A DNA stretch of 64,000 nucleotides from Magallana gigas. Taxonomy: Eukaryota. The translations under genes and the position numbers were made by a program. The notes beneath the pieces are model-generated. The model did no database searches. It had not been told where the DNA came from and was given only the letters and a program-made list of their open reading frames with translations. Of the stretch, positions 36,345 to 46,033 are shown piece after piece (position 1 is the stretch's first letter; each line of letters starts with the position of its first letter). The stretch covers positions 19,034,001 to 19,098,000 of the forward strand of contig NC_088861.1 of assembly GCF_963853765.1 (NCBI RefSeq). The letters run 5' to 3'.

Positions 36345-39300
36345 AAACCGTAGAATAACAAGAGGGTCTTCCGTTGGAAACGGAAGACCCTAAAAAGAAG
36401 AATAAGAAGAATAAGAAGAAGAACTAGAGCAAAGCTCGTTGCAAAGCAACGAGTGGGTCTTCCGTTAATGTCAGAAGTAAAGCTGGAAGTTCCTGTAAGA
36501 AGCAGAGCTCTTAAACCAATAACAAGAGTAATAAAAAGAAACAATTGAAAAAAATCGAATTATTCCTGGTACGACTTAACAAAATCCGAATGATTTTAAG
36601 TACGAATTAACAAAAACCTTTTTGATTTTAAGAACGACTTAACAAAAAAAATCCGAATGTGTTAAAGTACGACTTAACAATTATTTTTGGTACGAGTTAA
36701 CTTTACGATAAACATTATGCTATTTTTTAAACCGAGGACGCGCGGAATCAAAATTTCCGGAAAAATCAATTTTTAAACCCCGATATCTCTGTAATGCATT
36801 GTCCGATTTTAAAACGGCTTTCAGTGTTAGATTCAGCTTAATAAGCTCTACAAAAAACATATTCATTTTTGATTTAATCAGAAAATTCATTTTTTCGAAA
36901 AATTTGTTTCACTTCCGGTTTCGACCGGAAGTGACAGATTTTCATTTCGAGCCTTATTACAGAGGTAAATCGACCAAATCATAACCATTGAAAATTTCAA
37001 GCCTCTATCTTAAAGCGTTTTTGAGAAAAGTCCGGGACAAAATGACTTTTTGAAATTTTTAAAAATGACGTCACGTCAAAATGGAGGTGACGTTTTCTTC
37101 AAAACTTTAACATTTTTGAGGGACGCCAACTTGCAAAAAACTCTGAAAATTTCATCAAAATCGGTTTAAAACCTTTTGAGTTATGAAGCAAAAAAGGAGT
37201 CAGAAGAAAAGAAAAAGAATAATAATAACTAGAGCAAAGCTCGTTGCAAAGCAACGAGTGGGTCTTCCGTTAATGTCAGAAGTAAAGCTGGAAGTTCCTG
37301 TCAGAAGCAGAGCTCTTAAACCAACAACAAGAGTAACGAAAATAAAAAGATGAAAAAATCGAATTATTCCTGGTACGACTTAACAAAATACGAATGATTT
37401 TAAGTACGACTTAACAAAAACATTTCCGATTTCAAGAACGACTTAACAAAAAAAATCCGAATGTGTTCAAGTACGACTTAACAATTATTTTTGGTACGAG
37501 TTAATTTTACTTTAAATATTACGCTATTTTTTAAACCAAGGAAGCGGAATCAAAATTTCCGGAAAAATCAATTTTTAAACCCCGATATCTCTGTTATGCA
37601 TCGTCCGATTTTAAAACGGCTTTCAGTGTTAGATTCAGCTTAATAAGCTCTACAAAACACATATTCGTTTTTGATTTGATCAGAAAATTCATTTTTTCGA
37701 AAAATTTGTTTCACTTCCGGTTTCGACCGGAAGTGACAAAATAATTTTTTCTGTACATTTGCCATAAGTCAATCCGCAGATTTACAATCACAGAAAATTT
37801 CAAGTCTTTATAAACAACCGTTTACGAGAAAAGTGCTGGACAAAATCACTTTTTGAAAATTTTTAAAATGATGTAACTAGAAACCGGAAGTGACTTAATG
37901 ACTAAAAATTTGAAGGCTTCAAGGGACAAGAAATTAAAATAATCCCTGAAAATTTCTAGCAAATTGGTTGAATAGTTTTTGAGATATAAAGCAAAAAAGA
38001 AGTCAGAAGGAAAAACAAGAAGAATAATAATAATAAAAAAAAACAATAGAATAACAAGAGGGTCTTCCGTTGAAAACGGAAGACCCTAATAATAAAAAGA
38101 AACAATAGAATAACAAGAGGGTCTTCCGTTGGAAACGGAAGACCCTAAAAAGAAAGTCGACAAAAACAATATGTCTCCCCTTTGAAAGGGGAGACATAAT
38201 TGGTCGTTTTTTACCACAATACATCAATTACTCAGTAACTTATTCAATTGCCTGAATTTCCCATCCAATTCGGATCCGAACCTTACCGTAAAATACTACT
38301 TGTTATAAATAATTAATTCATCTTAGTAATTCATGTTTAACTCAGTATTTGGAATGTGATATTCATCCAAAATCTATTTGCAGTAAACTAATCATGCAGT
38401 ATAATTTGTACTTATATGAAAAAAAAGTAACTGGCATTAGCTTTAAAAGAAAAATTGATAGAGGTATTGAGAAAAATTCTTTTATACAAAATCAAATCAT
38501 ACTTCAATGGGTCTTTTTCTTCCTTGATTTGCCTGACTAGATGAGTCTGAAACAAAACATTATGATAGTCTTTAAAAGCTGTATCATCCTAGTACATACA
38601 TGCATGCTGCAATGTAAACAAAACCTAAACATTCTGATTTTTTCAATATTTACCTGCTGTATCTCCTTGCCCATCTTCATAAATAGTGGTGGCCGTCCTA
38701 TAAGAATAAAGCATAAAATTTCAACAAAAAAAATAAAACCGTCACATATTCGCAAACCTCACGGCCAATATCTATTTTTCAGACATATCATTTTTCAAAT
38801 TGTAACATTGCATCAGCTGATTACAATTAAAAAATGATCTTGAATGTTAAGGATAGAGAGTAAATGAAATTCATGCTTGCCATGCCTCTCAGTTTTCATT
38901 TACATGTAGAGACTCAAATAATAACTTAAACATAAAATATAACAGCAGACAAAAATTTCATAGCTGTAATTACCATGGTTTCATCAATATTCCTTTAATA
39001 CTAATTTTCGTGGATTTTGTTGTTATGTTGATCCACGAAATTCAATGATCATTGAAATGCAATTTCTATTAACATTGTGTATTATTAGGGTCACTGGCCA
39101 TGAAGTTACGTATCCTTGAAACTGTGATTTTAACTTTATCCACGAAAATTGACACCCTTGAATATTAATGAAACCACAGTAATCATCAGCATGTATTTAG
39201 TTCACAATCATTAAAGGCCTAAATAAAGTGATTGACAGATCTGATATCCACTATTAATAGTGTATTCTATACCCGCCAACTATAGCCTGAGGCCCGGTGC

Positions 39301-41769
39301 TGTGTTTCCAGAATCGGCCATCTTTGAACACTTTGCTGCCCACTGCCTCTACGGCCTTCATGAAAGTCCGGGTAGCACTGAAACAAACCAGCAACAGTTA
39401 CCATAAAATACCTGTAGACTTACTCTTTCATAAAATGGACCAGTCTTACCAGCTAGACTTCACAGTACTGGCACCAGGGCCATAAAACTTCATCAACCTC
39501 ACTTTTGATCCAAGTCTCACTTTTATCAAAGGAATATTCAGTGTAAAAGTGAGACTAAAGCAAGAGTAAGCTTGTTTAAGCTTTGAGTCCCCAAGGATGT
39601 TTGGTAGACTAAATACTTTTAGTTTTTCCATATTCATCTGGTACCATGATTTTGATATTTATCATGTCAGATTAAAAACATTAACACTTGTTAGTCTGTG
39701 AAGGTCTATGTGTAGGCCTATACCATTACCGCCTTAGATTGATCAATTATATAACTACAGAATGTACATGTACATTCTCATACAGAAGTCTAAAGGAATG
39801 AATAGCTGACACTAAGTCTACAATCTTTAAAATCACTTAAGGTGGTATATATGGGACACTTCCATTTTGGATGCACTATTTATCGAAATCAAGTGTAAAT
39901 TCATAAATGGTTTCTTTCCCGAAATTGTCATACTACAGCATAGCGAAGTGGGTTAGAAGGCTCACTACAAAACTGTAAGTTACAAGTTTAATCCCATTAG
40001 GAATTTTAAAATTTTTTCATTCCAAACATTTTAAAAACATATTTTTTGGTTAAATAATGTAAAATTTTTAAAATTCCAAACCGGTGAAAGTATTTTAGTC
40101 ATAATGTACTTTAATCCACATTAATATTGTCAGATGTCCCATACCACCTTAATAGTAACTGACAGCATATCAGTAAAAACTTTGCTCTCACCTATTTGCC
40201 TGTGGGGTATTCATGTGTAGCCCTGTAGCGTTACCCCTCAGTGTCTTTTCCTTCTTCTCCCCAACTCCCCCTCCTACCATCCCACCTGCATCTACAAGAC
40301 AAAAATCAGTGTCTGTGGAAAATTGTCGAAAGTTATGGAAGTCTTCTGCAAAATCCAGTTCAACGAACGAGACTTCAAAAGTATTAAACATCTTGATCAT
40401 AACTATAAAACTGTAGTTTTATCTTACAACACATGAACAAGTATATATTTATGTACATCCGGTTTTTCCACCCTCTTATACTAGTTCATTTTCTATTGAT
40501 CTAAAAAAAAATTTCACTCTCTCCTGCTCATTATAACTTCCTTACCCATTTCAGGTACAAGATATTCTCCATCAAATCTGTAAAACTTTTTCTCGCCTTT
40601 CAGTGGAATATTATACACAACGTTCTTTATGAACTTCAGATTTGTGCTTTGAGTGTTCACTGGAATTTTCTCGTTGGGTTTGGCTCTCGCTATCGCATCT
40701 GATAAGGAGCTTGGCATCAAAACGACGCCATTCGATAATTTTGGACCAGCGGCGGCTTGGAGCTTTGGTGGCTCTCCTGATTCATTGTCTTTTTCCGAAG
40801 AAGTTGAAAGCGAATCCGAATCACTATATTCAACAAGGGAGGTGTTTCCCTGAGCAGGAGAAGAAGAGTTTCTCTGACCCAGATTATTCACAGTAACAAT
40901 CGCATGATTTGCTGCATGATTCACCATTCCTTTACCATTACTTAACATTTTCTGAACTGCATTAACCTGCAAAACTTGTACTGGGTCCTGAGTCCCTGCT
41001 ATGATGAGTTGTTGAGAATTGGGTCCACTGGTGATGAGTTGTTGAGAATTGGGCCCGACTAACACAGAACTGGTGGCTGTCTTATTATTCACAAGCTTTG
41101 GGTCCACAAAATAATTCCTTTTGATGGGCCTCCTTCCCCTCCTTGAGGGTCCCAATATCCTGCACTGGCTCACTCCAGTCTGGGGGGTGGGGGAACCTAC
41201 ATTGACTGCAGAGGACACTGATGCTGGTCTCCCTCGAGAGACAGTAATATTTGAATTGTCGACAATGGACGTTATCGAAGACAAAGTCTGAGGGAGGACA
41301 ATTTTCTGAGTAGAGGGCTGACTAGTAGAAAAACGGGGACTGGCAAGACGTGTATGAACCTGCGTGGCCTGGGGACCAGTCTGAATGATTCGTATAGGTC
41401 CCTGGGTCACTTGACCAGCGAGTCTTACAGTGGGGATACTGGTGGCCCCGGTCTTTGGCGAGTTGATCACAGAGGACAGCTGCTGCCCCTGCTGGCTGCT
41501 CGTGTTCTGTAAAGGGCTAGTTTGGTTCACAATAAAGTACTTAGTGCCACTGTTAGGTAACAGGACCGTCTGATGTACCGAGGTCGCAGTGCGAGGACTT
41601 CCAATCGTCGTCTGGACTTTTTGTGGACTGGTCAGGCTCAAATCACTTATTCTGGAACAGAAAAAATTAAAATTGCTCATTTGTTTTCTGCTTTCTTTTC
41701 TGATCTTGACTGAAAAAGTAATTGCTGAACTTTTGTTTGTTTTTACACAAAACACAATAAATTTCCCAG

Positions 41770-41847
<78 letters not shown>

Positions 41848-44018
41848 GAGGGGGAATAGCAGGCCTGATTACAACACATGAACAAGTATATATTTCCCTT
41901 GGAATAAAAAAAACTTACATTTGGTTGTTAGAAACATTTACACCTTGCTTCACAGGTGTAGTGGGGGCCACATGAATAACCTTCACACCGGAAGTGTCCA
42001 GGGGTTGCTGCTGCTGAACACTGACTCTATGACCGGCTGTTGTTACGGTTCCCACAGCAGCACTCTGGTTGGCTCTACTCTGAATCAGGCCTGCCAATGA
42101 AGTAGCTGCACCCGACTGCTTGGGGAAAAGAACAGTTCCAACTTTCTGTGTGGCAGCAGACAGCTGTATAGGATTTATCACTTGCTGGGTTTTAGCTCCT
42201 GTGCCTGCACCTTGCAGAACTTGGCCAATTTTCTGACCCTGTGGCTGCTGTGGATTTAAGTTTTGGCCTTGGGCTTGCAGGCTAGATCCTGCTCGACTAC
42301 TTCTGATCAATTTTAACAGATCCTCTTTCGATATTCTGGTCTGGCTGAGAATTTGATTTAAATTCCGAGGATCTGCTGCATTAGTTGATGCACTGGCAGC
42401 TCCTAACTGTGAAACTAACTGAGCAAGGACCTGTGCAGAAGAAGGGCTTTTAACAATGGTAGGTGTCTGAGCAAGAACCCGCTCTGTAGAAGGGCTGTTA
42501 ATGACTGTTGGTGCCTGTGGCGATTGTGCTGTTTGAACCGTTTGATGATTTGCAGTTGATGTTACAATAGTCTGTAAGTTAGCTCTATTAGCCAACTGCT
42601 GATAATCCCCATTGGCCAAGAGTCTTTGTAACAGGGACTTGTCTTCAGGTTTGTCAAAATTCCCAGTTATGGTGAACAAAACTTGGCCTTTTTCGTTCTG
42701 TAGTTTTATGGGTAGCTGTTGCAAACCTTGCACTTGGTTCACTGTCTCTGTAACAACAGAAGGATCACACCCATTTTCCACTATTTGAACCTCCCCTTCA
42801 TTGCTCTCCTGAGAATTCCCGTCCACTATCTCCACTGTCCCCCCACCCTCTGCCTCCACCCCAATGGCCTCCTCACAACTTGTCACTTGCCCCTCACACA
42901 CTTGTGGAGTACCTTCACTACACACTTCCTGGGGGATTTCCTCAACAGACGAATCAATCACAACAGTTTCTTCCTGCAGCTCGATATCTAATTGTTGATC
43001 TGTGTCTGAACTGGACGTTGGAATTTCTTTCTCTCCTAATGAGTCAGAGTTGGAAAATAAGCATGAATGGCTCCATCCTTTGTCTGGTGACTTCTCTTTT
43101 TCATCAAAAGCTGAAAGACAAATTCCAAAATAATATTAGTTAATCTTAATAACAAATTCTTGGGAAGCATGGACTTGACATCCATACTTCATTTTCTCAT
43201 TTTATTGAGAATCAAAAGGCTTATCTATAAACTATAAGGGTATATAAGAAAACATAGCTTCTGTAGGTATTTATAATGATAATGCTACTCCCTCAAGTTT
43301 AAAGACAATGGTTGTAACCTGAGTGATCGAGGAGTTTGATACTGACAAATGGGTTTATAAAACCTTAAAAACCTTTGTAACCATGCATTCAGAAGTTGCA
43401 AGGTCACAGAATACAACTTTGAGCCCTGGGCATCAAAGGGGGAAATCAAAACAGACCAAGTGAACAGTGTAAATTGTTGGGGAAATGCTATGTTTTTTGC
43501 CAAATATAAAAAAAATACACTTTTGCATTGTTAATGCCAAGACCTTTATCCTAACAAGAACATGAAAGGCATGCTCGCAGCTTGAAGAAAACACATGAAG
43601 AACTTTTTGGAGTCACTATTACTCGTTTCAACAATAGATATATATTCCTTTAACTCATTCAAGTACATGTACAGACAAAAATCGTGCAGTTGGCTCAACT
43701 TATTATGAGCATCTATTTCCTTTCCAACATATCCCATTTCAAATTGTCTAAAATAAGGAATTTAAAAAAGAAAAATAGACACAAAAAGCTCCCACTCGTG
43801 TTAGAGAAACCGACAATTCATCAATCTATATGAACATGATGAACATTATAACACCGCAATTGATATTCATGCAGCGATCATGTCGACAAAAATGCCTGCA
43901 TGCCATTTTTCTCGTCAACTTTTTCGACTATTACGTCCCATATGACTGCTAAATGTTATATGAAACATTAAATGTAAACTAAAACTATATAAAAAGATAT
44001 ACCATCGAAGAGTGACAT
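13926..44018 (-). CDS. SENP6: Sentrin/SUMO-specific protease, SENP6/SENP7-type (C48 peptidase), multi-exon
   Basis: Hand-spliced, phase-consistent exons from 26891-27287/27305 down: 26575-26774, 26061-26301, 25710-25889, 24978-25269, 19124-19240, 18295-18423, 17573-17665, 16482-16908, 15990-16244, 15543-15622, 14937-15005, 14513-14663, 13926-14063. Motifs: [47 protein letters not shown] (His), PCILVFDSL (Asp), [11 protein letters not shown] (Cys). 5' exons 44003-44018 (MSLFD), 41919-43110, 40546-41651 and 40192-40291 are phase-consistent. SENP6 versus SENP7 cannot be resolved; it is probably a co-orthologue. Confidence 0.85.
16068..16130 (-). repeat. 18-bp coding tandem repeat (SESQTK x ~3.5) in the SENP catalytic-domain insert
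   Basis: TTTGACTTTCACTTTTAG-type units repeated in frame. Confidence 0.85.
17146..17410. repeat. 89-bp tandem repeat, ~3 copies, next to a Helentron-like end (CTAG at 17031)
   Basis: CTTTTACACCCTACATCCCCACTCCATACACTTTGTTGTAAGGTGGAGTTGG recurs at 17147, 17236, 17325. Confidence 0.85.
18638..18953 (-). mobile_element. Kolobok-like non-autonomous element with internal tRNA-derived segment (left end clipped)
   Basis: TIR TGGTATGGGACA ... TGTCCCATACCACC|TTAA. Internal minus-strand AGCGCAGTGGGTTAG...GAGTTCGAATCCC (A/B box-like). Homologous to 39841-40148 in inverted orientation. Confidence 0.6.
19850..22666 (-). CDS. DIRS tyrosine recombinase ORF (938 aa; YR domain in the C-terminal third), overlapping pol
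   Basis: TTFRRCSDL (Arg), GHSTRA (HxxR) and FCKFYLR (Tyr) catalytic motifs; N-terminal two-thirds overlap pol in another frame. Confidence 0.92.
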   Translation of the reverse strand: MESNYSGRMGLVSNQRRVQTRISPKTYVYGGEKNFNCNCTNRCFVKRGRRIIKQKCNRNCTTTREAVRFLQYIFPCTKEMRKNETHNKFETSQPVSQETTFQNGHIEQSFECSETNGLGNINRSNRCLFTHTNFSKTPKIFKVLCTKSVLPMENAMFWSNISTKSVHQNSISSSCLSENTQYSPSSVFGRLVGSKPMQRKFNSRSRDMLESSGFTRFHNQQKEILSRPLSINCLSGSFVSVQTKNSSSISRQIDKFGTHNQNVNEGSENSQRSSAMVRNSCLLHRSNSQCSSLYETSTITPSKFLETKFIRFGEGNSYYTTSQITPTVVVKYSKHFQGQISATGRNRNDHNYRCISNRVWGSSQQSDSSRIMGQLSPEMAYQLSRDGSSIFDFETLSKTNSKQNSVDQMRQHNSSSVHKQTRGNKISSSLLPNLGSLELGNKSKYQIEGCTYSWEVECFSRSFEQGQDQTNRMDVEQRNSSDNFSNVGTSIDRHVCISSQSSNSNILYMVSSQSSLCTRCSDNSLGRDVSLCISPNVFDPQSSSTYQTIQLSGNSDSSILAKKALVHRTTSTFNSCAIETSKLPTVTSTTKHKNFPSKCRSTTVNCMASIDRGFKEKGFSKDTRTLLAASWRSGTQKDYTCKFKQFNSWCSARKIDPYSASLVQVASFLTDLYAKGLQYRTIAGYRSMLSSVLPPVGKISVGQHPYIIRLLKGVFNSRPPKVKLVPEWDLPKVLQMLQSTPFEPIAKASLKHLTFKTIFLIAITTFRRCSDLQALKLGEGWVNIQKKGVTFIRQGLAKQDRPNHYGTKIFVPAFPENKLLDPKRCLYFYLKKTDVFREKLKDSNKLFLSLLEPHQPVSSQTISKWIVQTIHMAYENQKKSNVKGHSTRALGPSWALFNGASVKSIIEAADWSKESTFCKFYLRDVDDCVPVLRCAVNK
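20680..22725 (-). CDS. DIRS pol: reverse transcriptase + RNase H + methyltransferase-like domain (681 aa)
   Basis: [29 protein letters not shown] and YLDDW (RT); TDASLTG...HINCLEMEA...RCDNTT (RNase H); DMFAS...YAYPP (MT-like). Confidence 0.93.
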   Translation of the reverse strand: MLAMFPEIPVGGRLKFFREFWNQITQDEWVLSVIKEGYKLEFLQKPMFMGVKKTSIATAQIDVLLKEVEELLSKNAIEIVPQQEKLSGFYSTFFLVPKKCGKMRPIINLRPLNRYLKKQHFKMDTLNKVLNVVKPMDWAISIDLTDAYLHIPIFLKHRKFLRFCVQNQCYQWKTLCFGPTSAPRVFTKIVSVVAAYLRTRNIRLVVYLDDWLVVNQCKENLIQDREICLNLLVSLGFIINKKKSCLDPCQSIVYLGALFLFKQKIVLPSQDRLINLVHTTKMLMKGQKTARDLLQWLGIVASCIDLIPNARLYMRPVQLHLLSFWKPSSLDLEKVIPITQHLKLHLQWWLNTANISRGKSLQLEEIGMTITTDASLTGYGGHLNNQIVQGSWDSCHQKWHINCLEMEAVFLTLKHFQRQIQNKTVLIRCDNTTVVQYINKQGGTKSPRLCYQTWDLWNWAISQNIKLKAAHIAGKLNVLADHLSRVKIRQTEWMLNKEIVQTIFQMWGHPLIDMFASVHNRQTQIFCTWYPHNQAYALDALTIPWEGMFLYAYPPMCLIPKVLQHIRQYNCQVILIAPFWPRRPWYTELLQLLIAVPLKLPNCPQLLQQPNIKIFHPNVEVLQLTAWLLSTEASKKRVFLKTLEPYLQQVGDQAPKKIILANSNNLIAGVVQGKLIPIQHL
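22748..24268 (-). CDS. DIRS ORF1, gag-like protein (506 aa)
   Basis: First long ORF after the left ITR; basic C-terminus; position matches DIRS1 ORF1. Confidence 0.8.
   Translation of the reverse strand: MEESEIAEELNSGSECQNSEPIMASRTRGARASKKSSAKKEATDKRFEALENKFNDKLDTMMNFIRESIQTLSNNVFTNADESNEAHDDSVPMCRDTGGVATRRPVLRQTNNDDSEGMRPIIPLESDVRIERTVSVPTLDDQISLAPSTREVRELLGDDEVSLSDDFERNFLLESDQNQMRIDSNNNRFQNLLNKNTDSNQTKTSLNDIFGNVSSTAEEKVGLCLDKAQEEILMKSWRSSDPEKLTAYRDEYRQCFPVHKDSSDFLQVPSLDDILEPMLRKKHGSKANKGWGKNRNLVTQPLKSIETLAYQGQIAARMGIIAIAYMQQALGTLLNSISSQDVDTVQSIKDIFCMSTKAIDQMGRTGALHHLIRRKAAAQDTGLVTLKDIHSKIISLPLTNDGVFGKKLEEKLKERKEQKDSIKDLIPEWNERNQKRKFSETTSENSGTFKRPKTSVVHNRGQTFQRSNFNRRSYDYKQRDDNSRATSAATSVDRMNSFRIPKKTSK
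25345..25519. mobile_element. Tc1/mariner-like MITE with TA target duplication
   Basis: TA|CAGTAAAACTTG ... CGAGTTTTGCTG|TA; related truncated copy at 49064-49212. Confidence 0.7.
27490..28930. repeat. ~438-bp tandem array (3 x ~146-bp subunits) rich in TGACCT/AGGTCA
   Basis: GTTACCACCCAGACAAAA-type marker at 27601, 28040, 28476, 28916. Confidence 0.85.
30805..33381 (-). mobile_element. HINE family B-related copy 2 with internal ~435-bp tandem array
   Basis: CTAGACACGATCTCGTTGCGAGCAACGAGGAGGTCTTCCGTT at 30805; GTCTTCCGTTGGAAACGGAAGAC end at ~33381; repeated GGGGCCAG(T/C)CCCTTTTTCTTGAT at ~31545, 31977, 32415, 32853. Confidence 0.65.
33389..36342 (-). mobile_element. CvA/pearl-like HINE carrying a 166-bp satellite array and a (GACG/GACA)n microsatellite
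   Basis: CAAGAGGCCCATGGGCCACATCGCTCACCTGAG end; GCTCACTTGAGCTTTCAGCTCAGGTGAGCTAAAA end; tetranucleotide microsatellite 36233-36291. Confidence 0.7.
33725..34815. repeat. 166-bp satellite-like array (~6.5 copies), resembling the oyster Cg170/HindIII satellite
   Basis: GATTAGTTTCTGAGAAG at 33738, 33912, 34235, 34401, 34567, 34733 (166-bp period in the later copies). Family name is from recall, not a search. Confidence 0.75.
36424..38148 (-). mobile_element. HINE family B copy 3, with copy 4 (37229-38089) nested inside
   Basis: Two CTAGAGCAAAGCTCGTTGC ends (36424, 37229) and two GGGTCTTCCGTT...AACGGAAGACCC ends (~38089, ~38148). Confidence 0.65.
38654..39554 (-). CDS. Probable small internal exons of the SENP gene (39450-39554, 39273-39377, 38654-38697); frame join to the next exon uncertain
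   Basis: AG/GT boundaries, a 72-nt intron between the first two, and an open phase-2 reading. The last exon exits in phase 1, but the strongest downstream acceptors (27305/27287) are phase 0. Confidence 0.4.
38973..39179. mobile_element. TA-flanked MITE
   Basis: TA|CCATGGTTTCATCAATATT ... AATATTAATGAAACCACAG|TA. Confidence 0.65.
39841..40148 (+). mobile_element. Kolobok-like non-autonomous element, TTAA target duplication, internal degenerate tRNA-like segment
   Basis: TTAA|GGTGGTATATATGGGACAC ... TGTCCCATACCACC|TTAA; internal TAGCGAAGTGGGTTAG. Confidence 0.7.
41775..41842. repeat. (AG)n microsatellite
   Basis: Direct dinucleotide run. Confidence 0.95.
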
Positions 44019-44049
44019 GGTGCTACAGGAATATATCGGTCATTTCTTT

Positions 44050-44125
44050 GGTCGTTGTAGTTCACAGACATAGACATTTTTTCTTGCAAGCAAAATGATG
44101 TGTGATGTCACATCCGGTTGCCGAG
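44050..44125 (-). promoter_or_regulatory. Probable SENP core promoter
   Basis: Minus-strand CCGGATGT (ETS-like) adjacent to TGACATCA (CRE-like), just upstream of the first coding exon (ACC ATG at 44018). Confidence 0.35.
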
Positions 44126-45749
44126 AAATAATTTTCGCAAATTTATTTGATAAATAAGCATGAATGTGTGTTACCGTATGATATTTCATTATTGCTTAAT
44201 CTATGATATTATAAAATCTACCGTTTCATATGTACTATTGAAGAAGGGGATAAAATTACGACATTTGCCGTATATTTCGCGCGCTTTAGACAAAAAAGGC
44301 GAGGATCAAAAGGCACGTTGGCAACCAATAGCATTTATAACTTCATGCAAAAAGAATAAGAAATACTGGTTTGGCTACTCTAAAATATTTCAGACGTTCG
44401 TGAAATTAGAACACCTTATTTACATTCTTCTTTATATAAGAAAATCAGACACACAAGGCCAGTGGCCGGCGGGACACTTTTTTTTTTTTAAACTTAATTT
44501 CTCTAGCTGTTTTTTTCTCTTATCAATATATAAAATTTAACAAACTCCATCCCAATACGGATATTAAAAGTATGAAGATATTTTTTGCAAATAAGTAATT
44601 TTTTATTTTCTTTGGGAGGGGGGGGGGGGGGGTTCTTGTCAAGATTTTTTTTTTGTAGATTTGCCCCCCCCCCCCCCCTTTCCAAAAAAAAATTACGTCA
44701 GATAATCATGCTAACTATAACAAACAAGTAAAAAAAAATGAATGAACTCAGCAGATAAAATATTACATACATTACTTGGAAAAACACCAATTTTTCATGT
44801 AAAAAGATGTTTGTGTTCAGAAAATTATAGTTTACGTAACAAGAGCGATTACCAAAGAAAATATATACTTATACATTTACTTTAAATTTTGTTGTTTCAC
44901 GGGGAGGTGGAAGCGGGAAATCATTTGAAGATTGATACGATATGGATTAAAAAAAAAATAATTAAAAATTGTCCAAAATAATTAAATGTCAATTTGACGC
45001 CTGATTTCGACAGAAATGTATTTAGACCCCCTTATGAAAAGAAATTGTGATTTAATGTAATTAATTTATTGTACCTCACATTTGAAGGAGCAATACTAAA
45101 CCTGATTAATAAAGATTGGCGGAAACTCATGAACATATACACTGTTGTACATGAACAGAGCATGTTGGAGTCAAACGTAAACGTACGCGATTCTCTCTGC
45201 AAGATATATACATAAATTTTGGACATATGGATGTCAGTGACTCTCACTGTCTCTCCATGCAATTGTTCAGTGGTGGTTGATGTATAATGAATAATTTTAT
45301 TGAAATTTATTTCCGACATCAAAATCAATTCCTATTCAGGTGACCTACATTGTCGCAAGCCACGGGTTTAAGATTTTGTGTCCATTCTATTTTCACAAAT
45401 TAGTTTGTGGAAATAATTTAAAAAAAAAATATTGCTGATGTTCACTGTTTACAAATAAATTGATTTATCAATAATGAAATCTGCCTTTGAGATAAATTCA
45501 TGCGTATCTGATTTTAAGGTAAAGAAATCTGTAAAATATAGCTGACCCCCTGTGAAAATTTTCACAAATTATCACTAGTTCAATCCGAAACCTAAATGAA
45601 AATTCAACCACATCCAATACACGAGGTAAATGAAATCTACAAGATATCTGTGAGCCAATGCTCACTACTGATACCACCCCTTTGATGTAAATATACAAAA
45701 TAAGCAAATCGACTCTTAGCAGGAATTTGACATCAAATTTGTCAAAAAT

Positions 45750-46033
45750 GAATCCCACCGCAAGGCATGCCTATACAGGGTGTGCTAAAATTTCAAACGT
45801 CTGCAATGAATAGTTAATAAGAAAACCCTGCGAAAATTTGGGCTTAGAATAAACAACTGAACGGAGATGTCTGATTGGTTCGCAAATGGATCTATAATGT
45901 GGCTCACCTAAACAAAGGGTGTGTTAAAATTTCAAGCATGAAGTTGCTGGGAAAATCGTGAAAGAAATTTTCTATGGACAGAGACAGACAGACACACAAT
46001 GACCCCACCCTGCCTTCGAAGCAGGGGTATAAT
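45750..46033. mobile_element. Degenerate HINE remnant
   Basis: (GACA)n tract followed by hairpin CCCTGCCTTCGAAGCAGGGG and TATAAT end. Confidence 0.45.

Larger units (their letters stand above)
28958..36393 (-). mobile_element. HINE family B copy 1 (hosts further insertions)
   Basis: CTAGAGCAAAGCTCGTTGCAAAGCAACGAGTGGGTCTTCCGTT end at 28958; GGGTCTTCCGTTGGAAACGGAAGACCC hairpin end at ~36393; internal ~437-bp array (29461, 29896, 30335). Confidence 0.6.
27341..38199 (-). mobile_element. Outer Helentron/HINE-type non-autonomous element containing nested insertions
   Basis: CTAG end at 27341 with sub-terminal ATGTCTCCCCTT (27374); matching terminal hairpin ATGTCTCCCCTTTGAAAGGGGAGACAT at 38171-38197. 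Confidence 0.65.
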
